DNA from: Candidatus Bathyarchaeia archaeon
GTDB lineage: Archaea; Thermoproteota; Bathyarchaeia; TCS64
Length of the DNA: 64,000 nucleotides
NCBI GenBank assembly: GCA_050014495.1
Contig: JBEKDF010000013.1
Coordinates: 1 to 64,000, forward strand
Direction: 5' to 3'
Shown here piece after piece: positions 46,777 to 57,035 of the stretch. Both the position numbers and the translations under genes were made by a program. The stretch's first letter is position 1; the number at the start of each line of letters is the position of its first letter. Below the pieces are notes generated by a model. That model ran no database searches. It saw nothing but the letters and a program-made list of their open reading frames with translations, and was not told the DNA's origin.

Positions 46777-49098
46777 TCATCTCAGGAGGATACGCCGCTT
46801 CTCTGGTGGCATCTTACCCATCTTCTTCACCTGCTCTGTGAAGTCCGAGATAAATTTGGGGAGCATCTTAAAGATAGGTAACACCATGGGCTGGAGGCGT
46901 ATCCTATCCGGCTCTATACCGAATCCCTTCAAGGACTCAGAGACATCAGCAACGAGCTTCGCTGCTAGCTCGGCCTCGTGGCTCTCCTCCACCTCGCATA
47001 TGAGTACTCCGTCGGCACCAAGCCCTATCGCTTTCAGGATGGTTTCCTTGCTCAGGAGCGCAGTCGAGGGCATCCGAACGATCCTGATGTTAGTCGGGTA
47101 ATGAAGCCTCGCCGTGCCTGCATTGTCAGCTGCCGTGTAGCTGATGTTGTCATCAAAGAAGCCAAGCACCGCAATGTCGCCCTCAGTCCCTGAGAGGAGG
47201 CCCTTTGCCTCCTCCAGCAGGGCGTCCCCTGAGTTGTTAGGTATTCTTAATGAGCCTTTGGGGCACACTGGTATGCAAGCACCGCAGCCGTTGCAACTCA
47301 CAGAATCGAGTATAGGTCCCTCGTCGCCCATCGTCAACGCGCCCCTGACGCAGGCGTCCATGCAGGCACCGCAGAGGTCGCACCCCCCCTCATGGATTGG
47401 CTTGTCTGGGCTCAGCTTGATTGTGCCGTCCCCGACGAAGTTATAAACGTGGCTCGCTGCGGCCCTCGCGTCGACCACCGAGTCGTGTATGTCCTTTGTC
47501 CCCGTGGCGACGCCAACAGCGAAGACGCCCTCCCTAAGCGTCGAGATCGGGTCTAGCTTCACATGCTTCGGGGCCACGAAGAGGTCCTCCCCGAGGGCAA
47601 TGCCAAGGCGGGAAGCGAGCTCGCTCGTCCCCGCGGAAGGGACCATGGCAGAGCTGAGCACGACGAGGTCGACGGGGTTTCTCAGCATGAGCCCCGTGTC
47701 TAGGTCCTCGACGGTTATCTCGAATCTCCCATCCTCGAGGGGTGTGACGCCACCGGGCTTCGCGTGTATGAACTGGATCCCTTTCTCGCGGGCCTCCCTG
47801 TAGAAGTCCTCGAACCCACGCCCGGTCATACGCATGTCCGTGTAGTAGATGTAGACCTTGAGGAATGGCAGGAACTTCCTGAGTAATATCGCCTGTTTAA
47901 CGGAATAAGCGCAGCAAACGCTGCTGCAATAGCCTACGCCGTGGTGGGAGTCGCGGCTCCCTGCGCAGAGAACATATGCGATGGACTTGACTCTATCACC
48001 GTTCCCACGCGTCAGAACCTTCCCCTCAGTGAGCTCGTTCTCGATGATTCTCTCCACCTGCAGGGCGTTCACGACACCGCTCATCTCGGGGTGGTATGTG
48101 CGGAGCACCTTGTTCCCGATGAGGTCGAAGCCTGTTGCGACTATCATCGACCCAGCGTCGACTGCGACAATCTTCTCCTGATCGTCCAGGTCAATCGCGT
48201 CGACCGGGCACGCCTCAACGCAGGCCCCGCATCGTTTGCAGTGCTCGAAGTCGATCGCGTAAGATGATGGCACGGCCTGCGGGAAGGGGAGATAGGCTGC
48301 TTTCCGCTTGTACAGCCCTTCCTCGAACTCGTCCTTCACCTCGGTCGGGCAGACCTGGCTACATCGCCCGCATTTGAGGCACTTTTCGATATCGACACCT
48401 CTCGATGTGACCCTGACCTTGATGTGGTAATCCCCCGGACCACCCGACACGGATGCGACATTGGCACCCGTCAGAAGGGTGATGTTCTTGTCGTTCCCGA
48501 CCTCAGCCATGCGTGGGCTTAGTATGCATGGGCTACAGTCGAGTGTGGGGAAGGTCTTGCTCAGCTGTGCCATGCGCCCGCCTATGCTGGAGCGGCGTTC
48601 CACTAGGCTTACCTTAAACCCACCCTTGCTGAGCTGGAGGGCGGCGGTTATCCCCGCGACGCCCCCGCCGATGACGAGCACGTCCCTGTTTATCTTGACG
48701 ACCTTCTCCTCCAATGGCTCAAGGGTACGCGCACGCGCGATGCCACCCTTGACCAAGCTTACAGCCTTCTCGGTGGCTCCTCTTTCATGGACCCAGCTGC
48801 ATTGCTCCCTCAGGTTGACATGGACGAGTCTATGCTTGTTGATGCCGACCTCCTCGACTACGCCCCGAAACATCTCCTCGTGCATGTGGGGACTGCAGCA
48901 GGCAACAACGACCCTGTCCAGCCCGTGAGTCTTTATGCTGTCCTGTATTAGCTGTATACCTGGCTTGGAGCAGAGGAACTCGGTGACCTGCGCCGTCTTG
49001 ACGTCCCCCTCCCTCTTTACCGAGTCTCGGACCTTCTCGCAGTCCACGGTGCCCGAGATGTTCCCACCGCACTTGCAGATGAATACACCCGTCACCAT
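46777..49098 (-). CDS. hdrA: Heterodisulfide reductase subunit A with fused, Cys-depleted MvhD-like domain
   Basis: CKCGGNI, REQCSWVH, GGGVAG, TFPTLDC, CAGSRD..YCSSVCC, ferredoxin inserts; start taken at MVTG. Confidence 0.93.
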   Translation of the reverse strand: MVTGVFICKCGGNISGTVDCEKVRDSVKREGDVKTAQVTEFLCSKPGIQLIQDSIKTHGLDRVVVACCSPHMHEEMFRGVVEEVGINKHRLVHVNLREQCSWVHERGATEKAVSLVKGGIARARTLEPLEEKVVKINRDVLVIGGGVAGITAALQLSKGGFKVSLVERRSSIGGRMAQLSKTFPTLDCSPCILSPRMAEVGNDKNITLLTGANVASVSGGPGDYHIKVRVTSRGVDIEKCLKCGRCSQVCPTEVKDEFEEGLYKRKAAYLPFPQAVPSSYAIDFEHCKRCGACVEACPVDAIDLDDQEKIVAVDAGSMIVATGFDLIGNKVLRTYHPEMSGVVNALQVERIIENELTEGKVLTRGNGDRVKSIAYVLCAGSRDSHHGVGYCSSVCCAYSVKQAILLRKFLPFLKVYIYYTDMRMTGRGFEDFYREAREKGIQFIHAKPGGVTPLEDGRFEITVEDLDTGLMLRNPVDLVVLSSAMVPSAGTSELASRLGIALGEDLFVAPKHVKLDPISTLREGVFAVGVATGTKDIHDSVVDARAAASHVYNFVGDGTIKLSPDKPIHEGGCDLCGACMDACVRGALTMGDEGPILDSVSCNGCGACIPVCPKGSLRIPNNSGDALLEEAKGLLSGTEGDIAVLGFFDDNISYTAADNAGTARLHYPTNIRIVRMPSTALLSKETILKAIGLGADGVLICEVEESHEAELAAKLVADVSESLKGFGIEPDRIRLQPMVLPIFKMLPKFISDFTEQVKKMGKMPPEKRRILLR

Positions 49099-49099
49099 G

Positions 49100-49972
49100 T
49101 CAGACACCCACCTTCCCGAGGAGAGCTTGGACTCCAACCGAGTTCACGTCGAAGCCCAGCTTCGATGGGTCAATGCCCAGCGCAAGGCCGAGTAGCTGGG
49201 GATAGTAGAGAACAGGAAGGCCAAGCTGAATCCCGAGCTCCTCCTCTAGAGTCTTCTGGTACTTATCATACATTATCCCGCAGAAGGGGCAGATGACGAC
49301 CATGGCGTCAGCCTTCCCGGATAGCTTCGCGAGCTTCTTCCCGGTCATCGCTTTCGCTATATCTTCCCGGACTGCCAGTATCCCGCCCCCACAGCAGTCG
49401 GTCTTCCCCTGGTAATCGAGGGCCTCCGCCCCCGTCGCCTCGACGAGCCTATCAAGGGTACCGGGGAACTCGGGGTCGTCGAAGCCCAGGTAGAGGGTTG
49501 ACGGTCGGACGTAGTGGCACCCAGGGTGAGTAGCGATCCTCAGGCCCTTGAGTGGCTTCACGACCCGTGCCCGAATATTATCGAGACCGTAGTCGTCATG
49601 GAGCATACGAGCGAAGTGTATCACCCTCGGCTTCTCCCCAGCGTAGGCTAGACCCGCCTGTGTGAGGATCTTACAGACGCCCTTAGTGGCCTCAGCATCC
49701 TCTCCGAGCCTTTTCTCGGCCTTACTAAGCATCTCGCCACATGCAGAGCATAAAGTAACGAGGGCATCATCGCTCTCTGACGCTATCTTCAGGTTAGCAG
49801 CAGCCATCGATAATGCCTTGACCTCATCCACCGGCTCCACTGGGAAACCACAGCAGCCATAGCCACCGTCGACGAACTCGATGCCAAGCACCCTCGCAAC
49901 CTCCCTCGCAGATTGCTCGTAGTTCATCTGCCGGGTTGGAATCGTGCACCCGAGGAAGAGACTGTATCTCAT
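49100..49972 (-). CDS. hdrB: Heterodisulfide reductase subunit B
   Basis: FLGCTIP, two CCG domains, HPGCH, CPFC, PVLYYPQLLGLA. Confidence 0.95.
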   Translation of the reverse strand: MRYSLFLGCTIPTRQMNYEQSAREVARVLGIEFVDGGYGCCGFPVEPVDEVKALSMAAANLKIASESDDALVTLCSACGEMLSKAEKRLGEDAEATKGVCKILTQAGLAYAGEKPRVIHFARMLHDDYGLDNIRARVVKPLKGLRIATHPGCHYVRPSTLYLGFDDPEFPGTLDRLVEATGAEALDYQGKTDCCGGGILAVREDIAKAMTGKKLAKLSGKADAMVVICPFCGIMYDKYQKTLEEELGIQLGLPVLYYPQLLGLALGIDPSKLGFDVNSVGVQALLGKVGV

Positions 49973-50454
49973 GCCTTCGCCTCTGATATGCGCTTTATGA
50001 ATTCGAGATCCGACTCGACAGCAGGCAGACCACGGTCACCTCTCTCCTCGTTTGTGAAGTCGTCGATCGAGTAGACTCGCCCGTTCCGACTCAGGACATT
50101 GAGGAGCTTCGAGAGGTTAGCGGGGGCCACACCCTCCTTCGCTGCCATGTTTCTTAAGACGGTCATTACTTCTGGTGGGCGTACATCCTGAGGGCATCTC
50201 TCGAGGCAGATGAAGCACATACTACATAGCCAGATAGTATCACTCGAGAAGACTTGCTTCTTCAGCCCCATCTTAGCTAGCTTCATTATCCGCCGTGGGC
50301 TGAACGAAGCCTCAACTTCCCTAACCGGACATGAAGCGGTACATACCCCACACTGGAAACACTTGCTAAGGTCGCTCGCGCCCAGCTCGGTTTCGAGCCT
50401 CCTCAGGAAACGGGTGTCAACCTCGGAGAGATCCACTACGCTGTCTTGGGCCAT
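49969..50454 (-). CDS. hdrC: Heterodisulfide reductase subunit C
   Basis: CFQCGVCTASCP and WLCSMCFICLERCP. Confidence 0.95.
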   Translation of the reverse strand: MAQDSVVDLSEVDTRFLRRLETELGASDLSKCFQCGVCTASCPVREVEASFSPRRIMKLAKMGLKKQVFSSDTIWLCSMCFICLERCPQDVRPPEVMTVLRNMAAKEGVAPANLSKLLNVLSRNGRVYSIDDFTNEERGDRGLPAVESDLEFIKRISEAKA

Positions 50455-50501
50455 CTGCTTTTGATGGATAACAGTGGATTAAAAAGATTGAGAAGAAAGA
50501 C

Positions 50502-50840
50502 CTACGCCTTCTGGGCTTCGTAGATTTCGGTCTTCTTGGTGTACTCTGGTGCCCTCATCTCAACTGCTCCTGTGATTGCCTGTTGCATGCAGTTGTCTAT
50601 ACAAAGATAGCAAAAGAGACACTTAAAGGGCTGATACTCGACCCTCTTCTCTTCTGGAACGACTCTAATAGCCATACTCGGGCAGATGCGCTCGCAGTCC
50701 TGACACTGGTCACACCTATTCATATCCCATGTCAGGGCACCGCGTGTACCAGGTACTGGCGTCGGCTTCTCGAATGGATATTTGACAGTCGCTGGTTTGC
50801 TGAATAGGTTCTTTAGCACTTCTTTTACCATTTCTGGCAT
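50502..50840 (-). CDS. echF: Ech hydrogenase 2x[4Fe-4S] subunit F
   Basis: NLFSKPATVKYP, two CxxCxxCxxxC motifs. Confidence 0.9.
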   Translation of the reverse strand: MPEMVKEVLKNLFSKPATVKYPFEKPTPVPGTRGALTWDMNRCDQCQDCERICPSMAIRVVPEEKRVEYQPFKCLFCYLCIDNCMQQAITGAVEMRAPEYTKKTEIYEAQKA

Positions 50841-50841
50841 G

Positions 50842-51966
50842 TCAGTTTGCCTCCTTAACTTGGACGAAACGTTCTGTGCAGCTTATGCATGGATCTATGC
50901 TATGGATGATTGTCGGGATGTCCGGAACATCATTCCCGATTAGCATCGAAACAAGAGGAGGAATGTTGGCGGCTGTTGGGGTTCTAATCTTGCAGCGATT
51001 CAGCTTGTTTGTGCCGTTTCCCTCGATATAGTAGAAGAGCTCCCCGCGTGGCTGCTCAGTTCTTGCCACTGCCGTGCCCTCTGGGAACTTTTTGTTCTTG
51101 TTGAGCACTGGACCCTCCGGCATCTCCTTTAGTACCCTCTCTATTAGATCTAGGCTCTGGAAAACTTCGTCGTATCTTACGAGCATTCTCGAGTAAGCGT
51201 CTTCTCCTTCGTGGGTTATTGGCTCGAATTCGAGTGCCCCATAGGCTTCGTATCCCATCATCCTTGCATCTGACTTTATGCCACTCCCCCTAATGGTTGG
51301 GCCGACTGCGCCTAGGAAGGATGCTTTGCTCTTTGGTAGGATGCCTCTCCCCTCACACTTAGCTTTAATGGCGGAATCCTTGTAGAAGACTGGTCGAAGG
51401 TTCTCCATTTTCTTCCTGACAATACTTAGATCGTCGACGTAGGCCTTCGCAAGACTCTCGTCGATGTCCTTTCTACATCCACCAATCATATTTGTCTCGA
51501 GATGAATTCGGTGGCCGTTCGTTTTCTCGTTGAGTGTGAGTATAACCTCACGGTCTCGCCAGATCTGCATGAATAGGCTCTCGAAACCAATTGCGTCGGC
51601 GAAGAGGCCGAGCCAGAGGAGGTGACTCTGTAGGCGTTGCAGTTCACTCCAGGCTACACGTATGTATTTAGCGCGGGTAGGGACCTCAGTGTCAGTTATC
51701 TTTTCGATTGCCTCGCTGTAAGTCATGCCGTGAATGTAATTGCATATGCCACAAACTCGTTCGCAGAGGTAGATGTTTCTCTTGTAGTCGTTCAGCTCGC
51801 AGCCTCGCTCTATCCCGCGGTGGACATAACCTAGGTTTGGCACGACGTCGACTATCTTGTCCTCGTCGATGATAAAGCGAAGGTGTACGGGTTCGGGTAG
51901 CACGGGGTGTTGGGGCCCGAATGGTATGACAGTGTACTTGCTCTGAGACATTTTTGCATCACTCAT
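50842..51966 (-). CDS. echE: Ech [NiFe] large subunit (group 4)
   Basis: GPQHP, GYVHRGIE, ERVCGIC, PRGE, RTPT, DPCISCTER. Confidence 0.93.
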   Translation of the reverse strand: MSDAKMSQSKYTVIPFGPQHPVLPEPVHLRFIIDEDKIVDVVPNLGYVHRGIERGCELNDYKRNIYLCERVCGICNYIHGMTYSEAIEKITDTEVPTRAKYIRVAWSELQRLQSHLLWLGLFADAIGFESLFMQIWRDREVILTLNEKTNGHRIHLETNMIGGCRKDIDESLAKAYVDDLSIVRKKMENLRPVFYKDSAIKAKCEGRGILPKSKASFLGAVGPTIRGSGIKSDARMMGYEAYGALEFEPITHEGEDAYSRMLVRYDEVFQSLDLIERVLKEMPEGPVLNKNKKFPEGTAVARTEQPRGELFYYIEGNGTNKLNRCKIRTPTAANIPPLVSMLIGNDVPDIPTIIHSIDPCISCTERFVQVKEAN

Positions 51967-53758
51967 TCCAGTCACACTTCCAGCAGCGACTTGCCTCACG
52001 AAGCGCCTCGTCCTCGTTGTAGCCAAGTTCAACCTCGTCGAAACACTTTACACGCTCTTCTGAGTTTAACTCCCGGCAGATGACCATCTCTTGGAACCTG
52101 ATCTCCTCAATATTCGGGGGGCGACCCACAAATTCGTCCGCCTCGAGGTCGGGGGGAGGGAGGCCTTTGCCACCGAGGCTAACATCTATATTATGTGCGG
52201 CCTTCCTGCCGTCCCTCAGAGCCTCGATGACGCTGCTAGGGCCATAGACGCCGTCACCCCCAGCATAGACACCTGGGAGGTTCGTCTGCATCGTTTCCTC
52301 GTTGATGACTATTCTGCCCTGTCTGTTGACCTCGATGCCAAAGTCGGCGGGTATAACGACTGACTGTCCTATGGCCTTTATGATCGAGTCGACCTCGACT
52401 GTGTACTCGCTCCCCTTTATCGGAACTGGTCTACGCCTACCCGAGTCGTCGGGTGCGCCAAGTTCCATCTGTTGTAGGATTAGCTTGAGGGGCTTCCCAG
52501 CCTCGATCTTCAAGGTGGCAGTGAGATACTCGAAACTGACTCCCTCTTGGAGTGCCCCATTGATCTCGTGGGGAGACGCGGGCATCTCCTTCTCGGTGCG
52601 TCTATAGTACATGACAACCTTACTGGCGCCGAGACGCTTGGAAACTCGGGCGGCGTCTATGGAACTGTTGCCACCGCCAATGATAGCGACCCTGTCACCG
52701 ATGGATGGCGTCTTGTTGTGGACGTTCACTTGGCTGAGGAGCTCACGGAAGTCCATAACGCCCTCGGATTCCTCGCCATCGACACCAAGCTTGTAGCTAT
52801 CCAGTGCCCCTATTGCGACGAAGATAGCATCATGGTCCTTCTTTAGAGTCTTGAGATTTTTAATCTCCTTCTTCGTCTTTAGGGAGACACCCACCTCAAC
52901 TAAACGGGCTTGAATTTCCTCCTCGAGGAGGTCCTTCGGGAGCCTATACTTAGGTATACCCCATAGCATGGCTCCACCACAACGGTCACCTCTCTCAAAT
53001 AGGGTAACCTCGTGCCCGAGCGAACCGAGGAAGTAGGCACAGCTGACGCCGGCAGGTCCTCCACCTACGACTGCGATCTTCTTTCCGGTAGGTTTGGCCA
53101 GCTCCACCTTCCTCCTGAGGCTTGACATCGAGTCTGCCGTGTATCTCTTTAAGAGCCTGATTTGTATGGGTTCGTCGTTTCTTTCCTGACGGCAGCCCTC
53201 TTGACAGGGAGCGAAGCAAACGCGGCCCAAGATTGCTGGTAGAGGTGCGCGCTCGCAGACCGTGCTGTAGGCACTCTGTGGGTTACCCTCAGCTATCTGT
53301 CTGATGTATTTGGGTGCATTAACCATTCCCGGGCATTGTTCACGGCAGCGACCATAGAATCTCTTAATGAAAGGCGCGGGCCCCACTGCCGGTTTCACAA
53401 GCGTCGTGTCTTCAGCGCCCTCGATTGTTAGGAGCTTACCATCAAAGTCGACGCTTATACCTGAGACCTGTATCTTGAATAAGTCTTGTATCTCATTCTC
53501 GAATATGAAAGCAGATGGGTAGATGCTTGTGATACTTGACATGGGCTCCTTCCTTGGGGTCTTGACATGGAAGTTTATTACGTCCAAGTTTAGGGAGAAG
53601 TTGTAGACGTACTCTATTTCATTGTCATGATCGAGAGCAGTTATGGTGATCAGGCGAGCCCCCTGAGCCTTAAGATCATTCAACCTGTTGAACATCTCCG
53701 ACTTCTCAGCCATTATGTTCTCGGTCTTTGACTTTAGCTCAAACTGCTGGGTAGTCAT
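51959..53758 (-). CDS. echD: EchD (NuoC-like) fused to GltD/NfnB-like FAD/NAD(P)H oxidoreductase
   Basis: First ~110 aa EchD-like (RLITIT, SITSIYPSAFIFENEIQDLF); then CREQCP, GRVCFAPCQEGC, GGGPAG, GIPKYRLP, GGGNSSIDAAR, YRRT, EASRCWKC. Confidence 0.88.
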   Translation of the reverse strand: MTTQQFELKSKTENIMAEKSEMFNRLNDLKAQGARLITITALDHDNEIEYVYNFSLNLDVINFHVKTPRKEPMSSITSIYPSAFIFENEIQDLFKIQVSGISVDFDGKLLTIEGAEDTTLVKPAVGPAPFIKRFYGRCREQCPGMVNAPKYIRQIAEGNPQSAYSTVCERAPLPAILGRVCFAPCQEGCRQERNDEPIQIRLLKRYTADSMSSLRRKVELAKPTGKKIAVVGGGPAGVSCAYFLGSLGHEVTLFERGDRCGGAMLWGIPKYRLPKDLLEEEIQARLVEVGVSLKTKKEIKNLKTLKKDHDAIFVAIGALDSYKLGVDGEESEGVMDFRELLSQVNVHNKTPSIGDRVAIIGGGNSSIDAARVSKRLGASKVVMYYRRTEKEMPASPHEINGALQEGVSFEYLTATLKIEAGKPLKLILQQMELGAPDDSGRRRPVPIKGSEYTVEVDSIIKAIGQSVVIPADFGIEVNRQGRIVINEETMQTNLPGVYAGGDGVYGPSSVIEALRDGRKAAHNIDVSLGGKGLPPPDLEADEFVGRPPNIEEIRFQEMVICRELNSEERVKCFDEVELGYNEDEALREASRCWKCDWNE

Positions 53759-53759
53759 C

Positions 53760-54203
53760 TTAGTCCACCTTCTCTCCCTCACTGACTTTCTGGAGTTTCT
53801 GTAAGGCCAGGATAACTCCATCTACGATTGACTCTGGACGAGCCGCACATCCGGGGACGTAAACGTCAACTGGGATCACCTTATCGACACCTCCGAGAGT
53901 GTTGGGGCAATTGTGGAAGATCGCACCACTGCAAGCACATTCACCGACCGCGATGACTACTTTTGGCTGAGGCATTTGGTCGTAAAGGTTCTTCAATACG
54001 TGCTGGTTGCGTTTGTTGGCTGGACCTGTCAGGACCAGAACGTCCGCCTGCTTCGGGTCGCCTATATTGATTATTCCGAAGCGCTCGACATCGAACTTAG
54101 GTGTCAAAGCAGCCAGTATCTCGATGTCGCAGCCATTGCAGCTACCGCAGTCGAAGTGCAGGACCCACGGGGACTTGAGCCGTGCCTTAGTCATTGTCTT
54201 CAT
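53760..54203 (-). CDS. echC: Ech small subunit C
   Basis: KSPWVLH..SCNGCDIE, GECACSG, YVPGCAARP; ATGA overlap with echB. Confidence 0.93.
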   Translation of the reverse strand: MKTMTKARLKSPWVLHFDCGSCNGCDIEILAALTPKFDVERFGIINIGDPKQADVLVLTGPANKRNQHVLKNLYDQMPQPKVVIAVGECACSGAIFHNCPNTLGGVDKVIPVDVYVPGCAARPESIVDGVILALQKLQKVSEGEKVD

Positions 54204-55108
54204 GAGAGAATCACCAACCGGGCTAGGAGCCCAACGATGTTCGCGATTATCAACAGAAAGCCCACTACCCATGTGGTCTTTAACATCGTCTTCCAGTCGA
54301 GCCTTGGATAACTGTTATCGATTACAAGTACGATGAAGAATAGAGCAAATGCGACAACTGCACCCACAACTATCCAAGGAATAGTGATAGCATCAAGCAC
54401 AATGTCCTTTGCCCAAAAGAGGCTAGCGAAGCCAACTAGCAAGGCGACCTTCGTCCAGTGGCAGAGCTCGATGAGGGCAAGTGTATAGCCACTAAATTCT
54501 GTATAGATCCCTCTGACGAGCTCCTGGTGAGCATGACCAGACCCTGATACATCGAAGGGGGACTTCTTCATGTTGATTATAAGCACCGGGATTAGTGCGA
54601 GGAAGGTTAATGGAAGGATCGTTAGCAGTGGTACCGGGACATCAAAGATAGAGCTGACCATGAAGCTCCCTGAGACGAAGAAGATGCTGATCGCTACCAA
54701 GAGCAGTACAGGCTCATAGCTAAGCATCCCGAGAAGCTCCCGACGGGCACCTATATTGCTGTAGGGTGATTTGGAGTTGAACGCGGCCACAATCAAGCAG
54801 AGGTCCGCTATTCCCATAGTGAAGACTAATAGGAGCATATCCTGCCCGAATGCTAGGAGCGCGAAGGCAGCTACGCTGAAGCCGAAGTAGCCGAAAGCTA
54901 GGACAGGTTGAAGACTGCTCGCGATAAACGGCTCCTTGCCCCAAAGCTTGATCGCATCATAGAAAGGCTGTGTTATCGGAGGACCAATGCGGCTCTGCAT
55001 TCTAGCTGTTATCTTCCGGTCAATGCCCATCAGTAGACCGCCAATAAAGGGAGCCAGAATTACTAGGACCACCGGAATGTACGTGCTTAGGTTAGTAAAG
55101 TCAACCAT
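54200..55108 (-). CDS. echB: Ech membrane subunit B (NuoH-like)
   Basis: GIDRKITARMQSRIGPP, SYEP, KSPFD..HQELVRG. Confidence 0.93.
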   Translation of the reverse strand: MVDFTNLSTYIPVVLVILAPFIGGLLMGIDRKITARMQSRIGPPITQPFYDAIKLWGKEPFIASSLQPVLAFGYFGFSVAAFALLAFGQDMLLLVFTMGIADLCLIVAAFNSKSPYSNIGARRELLGMLSYEPVLLLVAISIFFVSGSFMVSSIFDVPVPLLTILPLTFLALIPVLIINMKKSPFDVSGSGHAHQELVRGIYTEFSGYTLALIELCHWTKVALLVGFASLFWAKDIVLDAITIPWIVVGAVVAFALFFIVLVIDNSYPRLDWKTMLKTTWVVGFLLIIANIVGLLARLVILS

Positions 55109-55109
55109 T

Positions 55110-57035
55110 TCAAAGCACCACCGTAATGAACATTATCATGACGAGCAACGCCCCCACAACAGCGCCGTAGTTTAGCACATTAGATTGGCTGAACTCATTA
55201 TCCATGAAGAAGGCCGAAACCTGCATAGGGACCTGGGTGTCCGCCGTCGTCTCGAAGACGTCGGGATTGTCCAATACGTTTTCACCACTGACATACGGGG
55301 ATTTAACCACCCCACCCTTCTTCGACGCTATCAGCGATCCTATAACAAAGATCGCTATGGCACCCACCCAGAATGGGTATATGAGGAAGGTACCAAAGCT
55401 AGTGGAGAAGCTCAAGGTCCCGGCACTCACGTACGCATTATATCCAGCTGGGAGAGCGGGCAACACGATCCCAACGATAACCACCGATGCCCCAGCCCCC
55501 AATACAATAACAAGACCTAGGAGGGAGAACAAAGATATCGAGTAGGGTAGGGGAAGCGTCTCCTCACCAAGCTTCTTCCCAGACTGTGGAAGTACCAGCA
55601 TGTGCCCAAACCACTTCGCGTAATAAAGCGTCGTCGCGGCACTACCTATGAGGACAAGCGTTATTATTATTAGGAATCCGAGTGTAGATGACGAGCTAAT
55701 CGCGTCGATAGCCACCCATTTACCGATAAGCATCCCGAAAGGTGGTAGAAACATACTCAACATACCAATTATCATGATAATTGTCGTGGTTGGTAGCTTA
55801 GCGATGAGCCCCTCCCATTCCTCGATTACACGGGTGTGCACACGATTCTCAACAACCCCCGCACAGAGGAAGAGGAGACCCTTTGAGACGGAGTGGAAAA
55901 TTAGTAGTGTCAGCGCAGCAACATAGCCTAGTGGGTTCTGTGGTGTGCTTATCCCTATGCAGAGGATGATGAGGCCGAGGTTGCCGATCGTTGAGTAGGC
56001 GAGAATACCCTTGGATATTCTCTCGTTTAGGGCGAGAACTGCGGATATCATGAAGGTAAAAGCTCCGACGAGGATAACCCCGAAGCTTAGCGCTGTCCCG
56101 CTAAAAGCTGGAGCAAATCTAAGAAGAAGGAAGATACCTGCGTTCACCATTGTGCTGGAGTGGAGAAGCGCTGAGACTGGGGTTGGTGCCACCATTGCGC
56201 CCTGCAGCCACTTGTTGAACGGGAACTGTGCGGACTTCGTAAAGGCCGCGAATGCTAGCGCAGCGAATAAGAGAAGAGAGGTACGCGTTAAGGTCGAGTT
56301 TATCAAGGCCTCGATTGAGAGAGTTCCAGCGAAGGTGTAAGCGATGTAGATCGCGGCGACGAAGCCGACGCCACCCAGAAGGTTCATCCAGAGGGCTGTA
56401 AGCGAGTTCCTCACTGCGATATCCGTTTCATCGTGCCTGATCAGTTCGTAACTGCAGAGGGTGGTGACCTCCCAGAAAAAGTAGACCCAGTATAGGCTGT
56501 TGCTGAATACTAGGCCATACATGGCACCGAGGAGGAGTAGCATGAAGAAGAAGAATCGCGGCTGCCTACTCTTCTCAATGTGTAGGTGGTGCTCGTGCTC
56601 ATCCATGTAGCTGAGGGCGTATACGACAATGAGTGAGCCCACAATTCCTATGATCAAACTCATAATAAGCGAAAGTTCATTGACGATGATCAAAGGCTCG
56701 ACGGCCATTCCGCCTAGACCAAACTCAAAATAAGCCACTGGGACCAATTGCAATAAGGCGAGTCCGATGACCAGTAAGTTATTGTTCTTTAATCCAGCGT
56801 AGAGGAAGTAAACCAAAAGCGCGAGATCAAGAACCAAGATAACACTTTCGAAAATCGGCGCTGGTTGATATGAGAAGCCACCCCCCTGGAAAAGCAATAG
56901 GGATGAACCTATGAGAACAACAGCGGTCAGCGCTACTATGATCCTTCTAGCCACCTTTATGTTCAGGGCATAACAAGAGAGGCCCGCCAAAGGCGGGAAA
57001 ACCACCGTCAGGGCAATGAGAGCATCTCCGTTCAT
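55110..57035 (-). CDS. echA: Ech antiporter-like membrane subunit A
   Basis: FFWEVTTLCS, TKSAQFPF, AMVAPTPVSALLHSSTMV, HSVSKGLLF. Confidence 0.93.
   Translation of the reverse strand: MNGDALIALTVVFPPLAGLSCYALNIKVARRIIVALTAVVLIGSSLLLFQGGGFSYQPAPIFESVILVLDLALLVYFLYAGLKNNNLLVIGLALLQLVPVAYFEFGLGGMAVEPLIIVNELSLIMSLIIGIVGSLIVVYALSYMDEHEHHLHIEKSRQPRFFFFMLLLLGAMYGLVFSNSLYWVYFFWEVTTLCSYELIRHDETDIAVRNSLTALWMNLLGGVGFVAAIYIAYTFAGTLSIEALINSTLTRTSLLLFAALAFAAFTKSAQFPFNKWLQGAMVAPTPVSALLHSSTMVNAGIFLLLRFAPAFSGTALSFGVILVGAFTFMISAVLALNERISKGILAYSTIGNLGLIILCIGISTPQNPLGYVAALTLLIFHSVSKGLLFLCAGVVENRVHTRVIEEWEGLIAKLPTTTIIMIIGMLSMFLPPFGMLIGKWVAIDAISSSSTLGFLIIITLVLIGSAATTLYYAKWFGHMLVLPQSGKKLGEETLPLPYSISLFSLLGLVIVLGAGASVVIVGIVLPALPAGYNAYVSAGTLSFSTSFGTFLIYPFWVGAIAIFVIGSLIASKKGGVVKSPYVSGENVLDNPDVFETTADTQVPMQVSAFFMDNEFSQSNVLNYGAVVGALLVMIMFITVVL

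Noticed and set aside
48724..48738. Alternating purine/pyrimidine tracts inside hdrA and other CDSs (also ~21406, ~41650, ~53245, ~63226)
   Set aside because: Explained by Ala/Arg/Thr/Cys codons in intact genes; they set the background and were not counted as junctions.
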